Assembly: GCA_054600435.1 (NCBI GenBank) | Contig: BAAIJX010000032.1 | Coordinates: 62,001 to 126,000, forward strand | DNA from: Neophaeotheca triangularis | Taxonomy: Eukaryota | DNA: 64,000 bases | Direction: 5' to 3' | In this document: piece after piece, positions 21,907 through 33,969 of the stretch | Numbering within the stretch: position 1 is the first letter of the stretch | How the letters are laid out: each line of letters opens with the position of its first letter | Translations under genes and position numbers: made by a program | The notes under the pieces: model-generated | The model's input: only the letters and a program-made list of their open reading frames with translations | Databases searched by the model: none | Told to the model about the DNA's origin: nothing

Positions 21907-23701
21907 GGTACTAGCGAAGAATTGGCATCGAAAGGGCGACGGGGCGGAGAATAGGCGCTCTCGAATGCGGACGGGGGTGAAAAGACGATGAGAAAAGGAC
22001 ACGAAACTGAAACGACGACTGGACACGGAAAACCCAAAGACGAACGCCACGAGAACGAAGTCTACGACGAATGAGACGAGACGAGATAGATAACCCCGAA
22101 TCACGAAACGACTAATAGCACACGAGAACCCACGACAGGAAGAAACACCCAGACTCGGATTGCACCACCACAATACACCGTGGGGAAGCAAGCGACGCTG
22201 AAACGAAAACTCGCCCCTCTTCATATTTCCGGCCTTTATCTGCTTTCCTTTTTCTTCACGATTACGACTATAATGTCCCTTGTAAAAGGGCGGCTTACGA
22301 TTATTTTATTCTTTATTTTTATCTTCATATCTTGACTCGACGTAATGAACGACGGCCGACCCCGACCCACGACTTACTTATCTTGCCTAGCGACAGACAC
22401 GAGAGGAATGATTTCAAAGGCTCTACTCGAATTTCACGACGGCACGCGGATGGATGGATGGATGTATGAATGGAGGCAGGGATATGTATTTTCTTTTAAG
22501 TGATACCCACGACTTTTTTGGATACTTTTTAAATTTAGGGTGGGAGACTTGTGGGGACGGGTGGTGGAATGGTCTTTGTTTTGATCCGGATGGGATTGCC
22601 GGTAAGCGATAGTTGGGAGATCGGGGGGAAGGGGGCGCACACATACATAGGCTGCCTTGATGTGTCGGGGATGGCAAGGCTCGTTTCTTGGAATCGAGGT
22701 CGAGTGTGGTTTTTGTCCTCTTTTGTATTGGCTGGCTTGCTTGCTTGCTTGCTAGCTGGCTGGCTGGATGAAATGGTGGATTCGAAGGGATGGAAAGGAC
22801 GGGCAGCTTTGGTTCATTCGAGTCGCTAGAATTTTTTTTATTTTTTTTCCTTGTCTCCTTCTCATTCTGTTTTATGTATGTGAATATGAAATGCTACCTC
22901 GTCCGTTATTCCTATTACTTGCTTTCTCCCCCTTGTGCTATGCATAGTAAGAGTGGCGTGGACTTCGTAGCGAGCGCGGGTTTCTTGCTATGGGCTCCTC
23001 TCATCTCATCTCGCACACGTGGAATAGGGAAATCCCTACTGCAAATGGCTCCAGGAAAAGAACGAAAAGGAACAAAGACATCGCAGCCCGCTTTCTCCCC
23101 GGCTTTCATCCCGCCCCTCTCCTCTCCACCAATGCTTGCGCGCTCTTATCGCCCTCGATCGCGTTTGGAGCCTCTGTGCTTTTTCGCCCGCCATGCACGC
23201 GACCGGATAGCTAGCTGCTGATTCTCACTAGCAGGCGACTTTGCCTCGCCACCTCCCTCCCTCCCACGAATCAGGAACTCACAGCACCAAGCAAAAACGC
23301 AAACGAGCACTGTCTCCTCCTCCTTCTCCTCCTCCTCCTCCTCCCAGTCATACTGCCTTGGCCTTCCCGTCTACCCGCCAGCCAACCGAGCAATCAACCA
23401 ACCAACTCAATCAACCAGCCAGCTCAGCCAATCGACAGCCAATCCAACAGGCTAGCTGGCCAACCAACCTCCGCAGCTCACGGAACCAACCCACGTAACG
23501 CCCCAAGCGAGTCAGTGGATTCGACAAGCCCAGCCGCCGCCAAATCCGTTGAAAGTCTCAAAACCCGCTTCCTCGCTGAACCGGCGCAACCCAATCAATC
23601 AATCCCCTTTGGCCAGTCATCATCACTGGCAAGCCCCTCCATTGAGCCAAGCGCCTCACATTGTCCACTGTGATCGGAGTACCTTGGCGATTGCGTGGCG
23701 G

Positions 23702-25511
23702 TTACTTGGGATTGTACTTATCCTTCCAGATCCTGGCGTGAAAATTCACCGTCAGCTATGGTGCTGGGGTCGCTACTTACTGGGCTAGCGGAGCGAGCAG
23801 CCTGCAAGATCCACGCTTCCCCAGCCGGTTGAAAAGGCTGTCAATACGAGAGCTGGGGGAAAGCGGTTCGCAGCGATAAGAACCAGAGGCTTGCAGACCT
23901 TGATTACTGCAGGCTCTGCCGCGAGGACTGGGCTTTTGGGGGTCTTGTTGCTTTTTCTTTCTGCTGATTGTGAGACTTACCAACTGTTGCCGACATTGCG
24001 GCTGCCTTTTTGCTCGGCTAGGCGGAGGTATTGGGCAGCTTTGAACTGTTGGGCATGAGAGGGTCAGTTTTGGTTTTGGTTCGTTTGGTGTGATTCTACG
24101 AGGCGAATATTATGGAATGGCTCTGGTGTTGACATGGCTTTGGTTTGATTTGTGCTGCTGGGGTTTGGAGTCTCGGTTCTTGGGTTCCGATGCGAAGGAG
24201 TTCGGCTTCCTGGACGGCTGTTGGGACGGCCGAGGCTGCTAGAATTTTATGGGCCAGGAAGTTCGCTTTGATGTTCGTCTCGAGTGCATCTGTGTCAAAG
24301 CGATTTTCCAGGTAATCATATCGCCACCCCAGTCCCGGAAATGCGTTGAATAAAACACGCAAACTCACCTTATCCTTTGCACCCCCGAACCCCTCAAGCA
24401 AACACCAGGCCGCCTCCTCCAAAGCGTCAACATCGCCCAAGTTGGCCGCAGTCTCATAATACTGCCTAGCAGCGATGGGATCCCTCTTAACACCCCAGCC
24501 ATGCCGGAAACAATTCGCCAACTCGAAAATCGCCAGCACCAACTCCCCTTTGGCGGCGCCGCCCCTCTTGCCATCGGAAGCCTGCAGCGCGGCGGCCTCG
24601 ATGGAAGCGCTGTTGCTCGCGGCCAGGGAGAGGTAATGCAGCGCGGCTGGAGGGTCTGTAGCGATGCCCCAGCCGTGGCGGAGAGCTAGCCCGTAGAGTA
24701 CTTGGGCTAGGGCGTTGTTGGCGCCGGACGGGGAGGCGAGGGTCGCGAAAAGCTGTGTGCTCTTTTCTAGGTCGCCTTCCTCGTGCAGCCGAATCGCAGT
24801 TTGCATTGTTGTATCTTCTTCTTCTGGAGGGTTGGAGGACCCTGTTCGGTTGGAGGACTGGGAGTTTGCGGGTTTTGGATCAGACGAGTCTGGCAAGGTG
24901 TTCTGCATTTCGCGGAGGGGGTTGCCTTGGGCGAGGATCGTAGCTCGCTTCTCCCATTGCGCTTCGCGGTGGTCGGACGCTTCTTTTCCCTCGATGCCGC
25001 CTGGAGCTGTGGGTTCAGGAGCGTCGGGTAGATCTTGGGGGAGGTGTGCGCTTGTGGTTTGGCTGGAGGTGGAGGCTCTGCTGCTGCTTCTGTTTCGGCT
25101 GCCGATGTGAAGCCGCTCTGAAAGCCTTCTTTCCCCTCTGGGTCTCACTGGCAGCTGTCGTGGATCGTCTCGACCAGCGGGGCTTACCTCCCGACTTCGT
25201 GGTGTATCATCTTTCTTCGATGAGGTGTTTGAGAACCGTCTAAAGCTTAGCCGGCTCTTGCGTTCGCTGCCATCTTTGGACTTGTTCCCTTTTGGCGAGC
25301 TAGTGACAGTGCTGACGGTCCCCTCTTCGTCGCTTGAATACGTCGGCGGGGCTATTACCTCTTCGGACTCGGTGGTTGTTCTCTTGAAAGTAAATTCGGG
25401 TACTTGGGTGGTAGAGTAGGGCTGATTTGAGTGTTGGCTCGGCGGCTGGTTCTGCGTGTCTTGAGTTGCGAGCTTCTCCTTCTTCCTCAACAGGTCACGG
25501 AGGCCGTTCAT
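23702..25511 (-). CDS. Sel1-like repeat protein (Nif1/Dsf2-like)
   Basis: Exons 25511-24369, 24045-23981, 23732-23702; Sel1 motifs LYGLALRHGWG, ELANCFRHGWGV, AAWCLLEGFG; C-terminus FKAAQYLRLAEQKGSRNVGNSWIWKDKYNPK*. Confidence 0.88.
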
Positions 25512-26523
25512 AGTGAATGATTTGTATTCGCAGAGCTCGTTGGTACCTTAGTCCGTCTTTTTGGTCAGGGGTGGGGGGAAGGGGGTAGGGAGAGTGGGGG
25601 AGGGAGGGGAAATGAGATTGTTGGATCGAGTAAAGGCGCCGGCTACCAGTTGATATGTGAGTACGTTGGCTACGCATTAATGCAGTGCAGGCATCGCCGC
25701 CCACGGCATTGTGCTTATAATCACAAGCACTGAAGAGCAGTTGGCCTTCCTAATAATACTACCGTGGCTAGGTAGGTAGCGTAGCCTTGGTGATCAAACG
25801 AGGCAGAGGGGCTGTGTTGGTAGAACAAGGAGGGGGAATACCTTGGTCCATACTGGGCGTTGATTCGTCGTTGCGGCTGGTGCACTAGCGGTTGACCCGT
25901 TTTCCCACGCCGAGATGTGCTCACATCATCTTGTCCTGAACGTCGGGCGTGACATGGTGAAGTAGTGTTACAGCTACCTTCTCTTAGCCATATGTCTCAT
26001 CAATAAGCAAACATACCTAGGTAGTGTCGATTCGAATGACTTCCAACGTGACTTACTATTCGCCCTCAACGGCAACGGAGCCTCCATAATAGAAGGCGAA
26101 ATATGACAATGCAACTGGCTTGGGAGAACGGGGACGATCTGCTCACTGGTCTACGATATTCCTAATCAGACCATCTAGACTCTCTCTTTCGATCACGCAG
26201 GACACCGGAATCAGGCTGATCTAATGTCAAGTGTCAAGTATCGCTTCAGCTTTGCAGCCAAAGAGCAACTCTTGTCCACCATTCGAACCCCTTTCCACGT
26301 CAATGCCAGACGTCGGGTGCAATGAGAGTTTACAGAGTAACCATCGCCGTGTGGTATACACAAGAGAAAGTGAGAGCCACTTCTAGCAAGATAGTGTCGG
26401 ACCACAACGCACTAGAATCAGCCAACCATTGTAAGTGCCGGGAGTTGTTCGATAAAATCATCTCATCTCAAGATTTAACAACTCCGTCCTTTCCATCTTC
26501 TCATTCAAAGACCACTTGCCAGG

Positions 26524-27573
26524 ATGGAGCAAACGACGATGCCAGAACATAGCCGAACTCCACTCTCCACAATCATACAAGCACCGATGACCAACCAAAT
26601 CCAAGATCACCCGGTCGCTCAAGCCAACAAAGAGCGAAAAGAAGCACCCACAAGACCCCCAACACACGCCCCAACAGCCCCATCAGCCGCCCCCACCGCC
26701 TTCGACGAAGAAGAAACCGTCCCCCTCTGGCGCTTCCTCTCCCACGAACTCATAGCCGAACTCTCCCTCCTCCCCGAACCAACCCGTACCAAAACATGGG
26801 CAACAATCTGCTACCACACCGACCCCGAAACCCAAACGTCCCAAACCCGGCTCTGGAAAACGTACAAAACCACCTTCTCCAACCCGCACCAAGATCAACC
26901 CCAACCCCAAAACCCCCACCTCGACTTCCGCCCCTTCATCCACCTCCTAACCAAAATCTTCCCCACCACCAGCCTCCAAATCACCCCCATGGGAAAATTC
27001 ACAATCCAAGGCCTCGCCCCCCGCCGCCTACCCATCAGCCACTTCCCGCCGGACTACGAAACGACCCGTTTCGAAGCCACCATCGGGCGAGCCATGGCGC
27101 TACTGCAGCGGAAACACGTACCGTCCAGCGCGGCGGAGATTGTGCGTCTTGTGGCCGGGGTTTTGGGGGTTGGGGACCAGGAGGGGCCGCGTGTGGGGCC
27201 GGGGGAGGAGGAGTATCGCGGTACTGTGGGGGTTTTGGCTGAGTTGGTTAGCGGGAGTCGGTGTGAGGTTGGGAAGGTTTTGGGAGAGTTGGGGAGGAGG
27301 GTTGGCGTGGATTGTTTGAGGGCTGATGTTGTTTATGAGATGAGGAGGCGGGGGGAGGTGGGTGGTCGGGTGGCTGGGTTGGCTGGGTTGGCTGGGGGAA
27401 TTACTGAGAAGGGTCGCCAGGAGGCTCGGGGTTGGGGTGTGGGAGAGAAGCGAGAGGGGAGTGGTGAGACGGCGCTGGGCCCGGTGGATGGGATGGATCG
27501 AGGGGTTGATGGCGAGGGCCGGGCTAAGAGGCAAAAAGTAAGTTTGGGTCGTCGTGTCGGATGTAGAGAGTAA
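26524..27573 (+). CDS. Hypothetical protein, 349 aa
   Basis: ATG-to-stop ORF of 349 codons with a globular-looking middle; no family recognised. Confidence 0.55.
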   Translation: MEQTTMPEHSRTPLSTIIQAPMTNQIQDHPVAQANKERKEAPTRPPTHAPTAPSAAPTAFDEEETVPLWRFLSHELIAELSLLPEPTRTKTWATICYHTDPETQTSQTRLWKTYKTTFSNPHQDQPQPQNPHLDFRPFIHLLTKIFPTTSLQITPMGKFTIQGLAPRRLPISHFPPDYETTRFEATIGRAMALLQRKHVPSSAAEIVRLVAGVLGVGDQEGPRVGPGEEEYRGTVGVLAELVSGSRCEVGKVLGELGRRVGVDCLRADVVYEMRRRGEVGGRVAGLAGLAGGITEKGRQEARGWGVGEKREGSGETALGPVDGMDRGVDGEGRAKRQKVSLGRRVGCRE

Positions 27574-28370
27574 ATGGCGAGGGCATGTCGGCTTGGAGTG
27601 TCGTGGCATGACCACGTTGGGTGTACTAAGCACACCGGGGGACAACAGAACAAGGGGCGAGTGTAACCTGGCAAGCGATATATATACCACAGGGTCAGGG
27701 TTTGAGAAGTCACATGCCACAGTTGTGAGCCGTCAACGAACCGAATAGACATCGCATGTCCTCGAGCGCGGTACATGGCTGTTTCGTGCCGTAAGTAGGT
27801 GCTGGCTCGTCTCACATTCGGCATTGTGAGTCCTGCGGCATGCACATAAAGTGCGGCAATCTGACCCCTGTATTGTGTCAAAAGTCGATGGTATGCTCTC
27901 TGTCTACGACGCAAGGGACACTAGAAACGCTTGCTAGAGGTAACTGGATCGCCGGGTTGGTTGCTTGCAAGACTGGTAAGTGAGAGAGAAGCGAGAGGGA
28001 TGAATAGCCGCGTCCTCGATGGTCCAAGTCAAGCTCCATACCAAATTAGTACAAGGGCAAGGAAAGGAAAGGAAAGGAAATTAAAGTGTAGAAAAAAGCT
28101 CTGTTTGGATGTAATACAAGAAGACTCTATTTAACCACTCCAAACTCTTCCCCGCTGTCAAAAGCAACTAATGATACAAGCCTCGAGAGGCGAACAGAAA
28201 GAAACTAACTCCCCATTTTTACAATGCCTCCACACGGCTTTGACGAAAAAGAAAGAAAAGAACAGGAACCAACCGCCTCCGTCTCGAACAAACACCTCAA
28301 AACACCCACGAAGTTATCACGGAAACCCACTTGAACATGTCTTCGCTCTCACACTGCCGCCACACCTTCA

Positions 28371-31300
28371 CTAACGCTGATAGTGCCCCTCACCATGACC
28401 CATGGAGGGCCTTTGATTGTAACCTTGGTGCGAGGGCTCGTCGACAACTACCATCTGAAGGATACGGCCATACTGATCAATGTACTGCCGCGTGGGTGGT
28501 GGTGCATATTCCCGGGGTGGTGCGTACTGGCCCGGAGCCGCAGCAGGAGGGTGGCCGCCAGCATATTGTGGAGGCTGCTGAGACGCTGGGGACGCTGGAC
28601 GATAGCCTTGAGGCGGGGCTGGGGCGCCGTGTTGCGGTTGCGGTTGGTAGGCTGTGGAAGCTTCACGATAGCCTGTTGGTGGAGCCGGGCGGGGGGCGTA
28701 GGCTTGGGTGCCCGTGTTGTTGTCATAGGCGTGGGCGTTACGGGTGAGCGCTGCTGAGAGGTCTTGGCCGTATTGCTGCGGAGGCGGTTGGTACAGTTGC
28801 TGATACGACGGGGTCGCGGAAGCGTAGTTGCGCGCTTGCTCTCCGTAAGCAGGCTGCTGTGGCTGTTCGGGGTTGTAGCTGCCGTGGCTGGGTTGGTATC
28901 CTTGGGACTGTGATGGTGGCTCGTATCTCGTGGAGGCGCTATAGGCCGGCTGATATTGAGGCGGGGCTCGCGATTCGTACCGGCTGCTGGAGCGGTGCTG
29001 GTCGTAAACCTGGGGCGCAGGAGAGTCGCGTGCGTATGCTTGCAGAGGTGGCTGCTGCGCGAATCTGTGGTCGTGTGGGGTGTACTCGTGCATGCGGGAC
29101 ATCGGTCGTTCGTAGTTCTCGCGATACTGAGCAGCGCCCGGTGCTTGGCTTGCCGGCAAGGGCCCAGGCGCAGCAACCGGCATACCTTGGCCAGCTGCCT
29201 GCGGCTGACCGCCTTGTAACGACTTCAGGATGGCAGAGATATCCACAGGCGGAGTCGTAGTAGCACCAAGTGGGGTCACGCTGGCCGGAGGAGGAGCTCG
29301 GGGGGTCGGAGCCTGAAATGGTGCATGCAACGGTTCTGGATGACTTGGCGCCGCAGCAGATGCTCGGTCTGTCTGGTAATTCCCATTCCAGCTGTTGACA
29401 GGAGCAGGCTGCTGTGCTTGTGGCTGTGCTTGTGGGCCTAGCAAGTCGGCTAGTGCCTTCATGGTCTCAGAATTCAGCGAGTAAGGCAGCGCGTTCGGAT
29501 CCTGCGGCGCGGAAGAGGATGGAGCTGGCTTGCTCAAATCCGTGTCGAATTTGGCGGGATCAAACTCTTTTTCCTTCTCAGCAAGCACGGGGCGCCGTGG
29601 ATCGTACTCATCTTCGGCAGCACTTGGCAAAGGCTCTGATTCATCCCGTCCATCTCTGCGCTTTTGATGCTCTTCCTTCTTCTTGCTCTTGTGCTGATCC
29701 TTGGGCTTTTGCATGCGCTTCAGCAGCCGGTCAGCCAGCGTGGGCCCAGCTGACTGAGACTGAGACTGAGAGATGCGGATGAGCTCAGTCAAGCTAGGCA
29801 GCGGGTACGGAAACACGGAGTGGTAGGCATCCGCGATCAGGCCGAGCTTCGTGTCGTCCATACCCTTGGCCTTGATGAGGTCGTGTACTTGTTGGTCATC
29901 CGGCTGCTCGATCAATTGCGACACCCAATTTGTTGTAAGCGCCTCGCGGTTCATAGCAGACTGGATATGCATAATATCAAAGTGCACACAGAGCCGTTCG
30001 AACGACCACAATTTCTCGTCTTTGATGCGGGAGTAGTATGGCTCATCGCGTTTCCCTTGAGTGTTGTCGAGACAGCATCGGCAAACAAGTCCTTGCGCAA
30101 CTCTGATTGGCTTCATGCTATCGGACGTGATAGAGACATCGGTGAAAGCGCCGAACCGAAGTGTCTGGTGGAAAGTAGCATGGAACTGCTTCGCGGCGTG
30201 GTGTATCGCAGTTTGCACTCTTATAGGGACCGGCAGACCCTGAACACTGTCGAGCAAATCCCAGATGCGGCGGGCTTCGTTCGCGATGACTTGCTCGTGC
30301 GCCGCGCTGACCTTGTCCTGCTCTTCCTTCTTCTTTTGACCATTTGGCGCCTCGTTGGCAATGCGTGACAGGGTGTCTAGGCTGGCAGCGACATCGCCGT
30401 CACCCGCGTTGACCGAACCCTCTGACCTGAAAAACGGCGTCTCGGAAAGCATGAGCCCAGATGCTGGAGGCGCTGAAGCATAGTCGTGTCTTGCGCCGCG
30501 CTGCCCTTGGTGCTGTCCGTGCTGGTGCTGGTTGTTGCGCGAACGGCCATTGTACCTTCGATCTACTGGCGGTCTTTCTGCCTTCAGAAAACGGCTCGGC
30601 TCCGGGTCGAATGGCGGATCTGCTGGCCATTCTGCAGTCTGCCAGTGCACAACAATGTTGTCTTTGCTGAACTCGCCGTCTGCATGTTTGGCTCCGTAGT
30701 GTTGGATAAGGCTCTCGAGCGCGTACCATTTCTGCGGCGGCATTGAAGAGTCTTCTGCCTGACACCCAGCGCAAACGAAGAGGTCGTAGACATAGGGCTC
30801 CGTGAGCGGCCGAACCTTCTTATCGTGGACATACTTCATATTTTCGAGCGACAAGAATGGGTCCGGCTCGTGGTTTTTGGCTTTAGGGTGCCGGAAGGGG
30901 CGCTCACCCCTCGACTTTGCAGCCTCGTAGTCAAGATCATACTTTTGTTTGACGTGCTGCAAAACGTCAACAGCAAATATGGGACAACTTTCCTTGTTCA
31001 AACCACGGCCAGCGCCCCATTGACCATTGACCACGTCGTCGGCGTATTCGCAAAGCTTCCTCCTCAAAGTCTCCTGAGACTGCTCGTATTTATGTCCGTA
31101 TTCTTCTCGGGCGGGTTTGGAGACTCTGGCATGGTCTTGCTGTACCCTGGAAGCGGCTTCGAGAGCGGCGTACTGCATCGCCCTTTGGTGCTCAATGAGT
31201 TCGGCAGCTTCTCTTTGCGCCTCGAACTTTGGTTTGAGCACTTCCCACTGGGCCTCATTGACGGGCTGGACAATCTGCATAGCGTTCTGGAAAACTTCCA

Positions 31301-32954
31301 TATGTTGCAGAACATGGGGAGCAATAGGAGGTTCGAGTTGCATACAACGCTGCTCCAAGTCGGCTTTCCTGGCTTGACGCGCCCATTGAGCTTCCTCGGT
31401 ACTGCGCGCTTGTTTGGGGAATGACTGCTGCTGCTGACTTGGCGGATAATAGGATGCCGTGGAACCAGGCAGTCCGGGAGCTGCTTGCGAGTATGTAGGC
31501 GCTTCTATGCCATGTGTTAGATGTTGGGTTCCCAAAGCGAATTCCATATGAATATTCCCAGGCTTCATTTTCGTTGATCGTTGGGCTTTGACGTAGAGTA
31601 GTGCCTTTTTCATACATCCTCCTTTCAAATTCGTTTGTTTTTGGGGGCCGGCGAGGCGAGACAAACAAAGAATTAAACTTACCTTGGACAGCGTCGAGCA
31701 GCGTGCCGTTGGCAGTAGCAGACCTACCCGCAACTTCTGGAGCGTGCAATGGGGGCGTGGAGTCATACTCCCTAAGGACGGATGCAAGGTCTGCGCCAAG
31801 TGGGAGGGTTGCTTCCCATTTCTCCCAGCGGCCAGCATCAGCCAACAACGCATCGCCCATGCCCCTCAAGCCTTTCTGCCACTCCTCGACGGCGCCAGCG
31901 CCAAGGCTCTGGGCTTCTTCGAACTCGAGATAGAGGCTCTCGACGTCTTGTTGAAAGTATACTTTACCAGCGCGAAGGTTGCCCGGTATATTGTGTTGCT
32001 TCCGGATGGTGTTGGTGATCAAGTGAAACTCTGGCGTGAGAAATGCGAAGGGGAGTCCAGGTAACAAACTCTTGTACTTCGACTGAAAGAGCTCAATGTC
32101 CTTTGTGGTGATTTGCGCTAGGCAGGGCCCACAAGCACGCAAACCGTACGCAAATACGACGCGTACTCCGTCGGCTCCAGGTCCAGCTGTGTATTGAGTG
32201 ATTGGCACTTGAGGGGCCGACTGGGATGGCTTGTCACAGATCTCGCAATGACGCCCCCCGATCAAACGAATCATGGTGCGTTCGGTGCACTGCTTGAGGG
32301 GCTTCGGTAGCTGTGGAAAGAAGGCTTTCCTTGCGTCACCCCATAGGCTCTCGCTATCGCGAATTCGAACGGTCCTGGAGTCGGTGCTTTTTGACACCTT
32401 TGGACTCGGCTCGAGTTGAGAGAGAAACGCGTTGAGCACCCGGCTGACACGCAAGCCTCTGGCGAGCATAGCAGGGGGCAAGTAAGAAAAAACCTCTTGC
32501 CAGCATTCCGGTGAGAGCTTCTTAAGGTAGGGAATTCCATCGTCGACAGGAGGCGGAGGCACAAAGCGTGTTGCCAACCTGGGCCTCTTGGTGGCGTCGG
32601 CCGTCGACCCACCATTAACAGCGGCATCATCGCTCAGCTTGCGTTTTGCACCTGCAGTGGATGGCCAAGGGACTTGTGCTTGCCGTGGTCCTGGTGGTGG
32701 CGGGGTGGGCGAAGTATCCAAAGACAGGTCCATATCGGCGGAGCCATCGCTGTCATCGTCGACGAGGGTGTCATTCGTTGAGTGAGCGGCCGTTGTCGTG
32801 TCGTATTCGACGCTTGGGGTGGGGTCTGGTTGGAAAGAGGCATTGAAGGTCGTTCCTGCGCGAGGCGCAAAACATGGGCTGAGGGAATGGCGTGTCAGTT
32901 GCAACTTTGGCTAGTTGTGCGTCGTGTGGTTACTAACTCATCACCGCCCTCCAT
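28371..32954 (-). CDS. Large F-box domain protein with Cys/His motifs and a Pro/Gln-rich tail
   Basis: Exons 32954-32938, 32878-31683, 31504-28371 join the two track ORFs; F-box-like LSPECWQEVFSYLPPAMLARGLRVSR; CEIC...CGPC; CAGC...LIQHYGAKH; CRCC...LCVHFDIMH. Confidence 0.85.
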
Positions 32955-33969
32955 AGCGAATGAGTGGCTGTAGCCCAAGGCGACGTGGGTGGTGAGCCGG
33001 ATTCTGACACGTTAAAGCTCTTCTGCTGTAGGTTTGGAGGTTAGAAAAGGGTGAGGGCGCAAAGAAGACGGGCCGGCCTCGACAGCAAGCAAAACAGAAG
33101 AGTCAAGCTATCTGTACTTATGCTGCGGTAGGTGTAGTATTCACCACTGAAAGGGGGCTTGAGAGCGCGTGCTGTGCTGAGCGATTATGCGGCGACCATG
33201 CATGTGCGTGCGTTGGCTAGAGTGGTGAGGTTATAAGTCAGGGTGGAAGCAGAGAAGCCCAGCCGCATAAAGACAATAGAACCTTGAAGGTGAGGTGGGT
33301 GCGAATGGTTGTGGCGGCCGCCATGCGAGGAAGCTTAGCCGAGAACGAGGCTTTGTCAGCAAGGGCTGTCCGACAAACACGTGACCCTAGCAGACATGAT
33401 CTCGGGAGTTTAGCATTATAAGGTAAGGAAGGTAACCTGTTAGGACTTGGCAGATTAAGAGCATGAGCAGTGGCCAGAGAGATACTACTTGTAGTCAGGA
33501 GGTAGAAAATTACTTGGCCCCATTCTCGGATCCTCGCATTCGTACGCCTACCCAGTACTGTACCTACTAATAGCACCTTGGGTACGGTAAGGTACCTACT
33601 GTAGTAGTATACCTCGAGTATACCTAGGTAGGTAGTTTTCCTTGGCAAGACGTCAGCCCATTCGTTTCCAAGTACAGGTACCCTAGGTAGGTACCTACCT
33701 TACCTCAGCAACCAGCTTGTCTGTCCAGAACACGAGCTACCTACTACCTACTACCTACTACCTACTACCTACCTACTACCTACAACTACCTCCATTACCT
33801 GCTCTCCTCCCGTACTCGTCCTCTCCATTGCGATCGGCTAGCTCTATACAAGCTGGTGCTTCCTTCACAACAACTTCTCCTGCAACTGGAAGCAATAACG
33901 GAACTTGTGCCCTAATCTGATTGCCTGAATTCGTCCAGCGCCGGGTCCCTCCCATTATCGTAACCCATC

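Noticed and set aside
31255..31853. Overlap of the 1160-aa and 549-aa ORFs as two genes or a programmed frameshift
   Set aside because: A GT-AG intron at 31682-31505 joins them in frame into one F-box gene.
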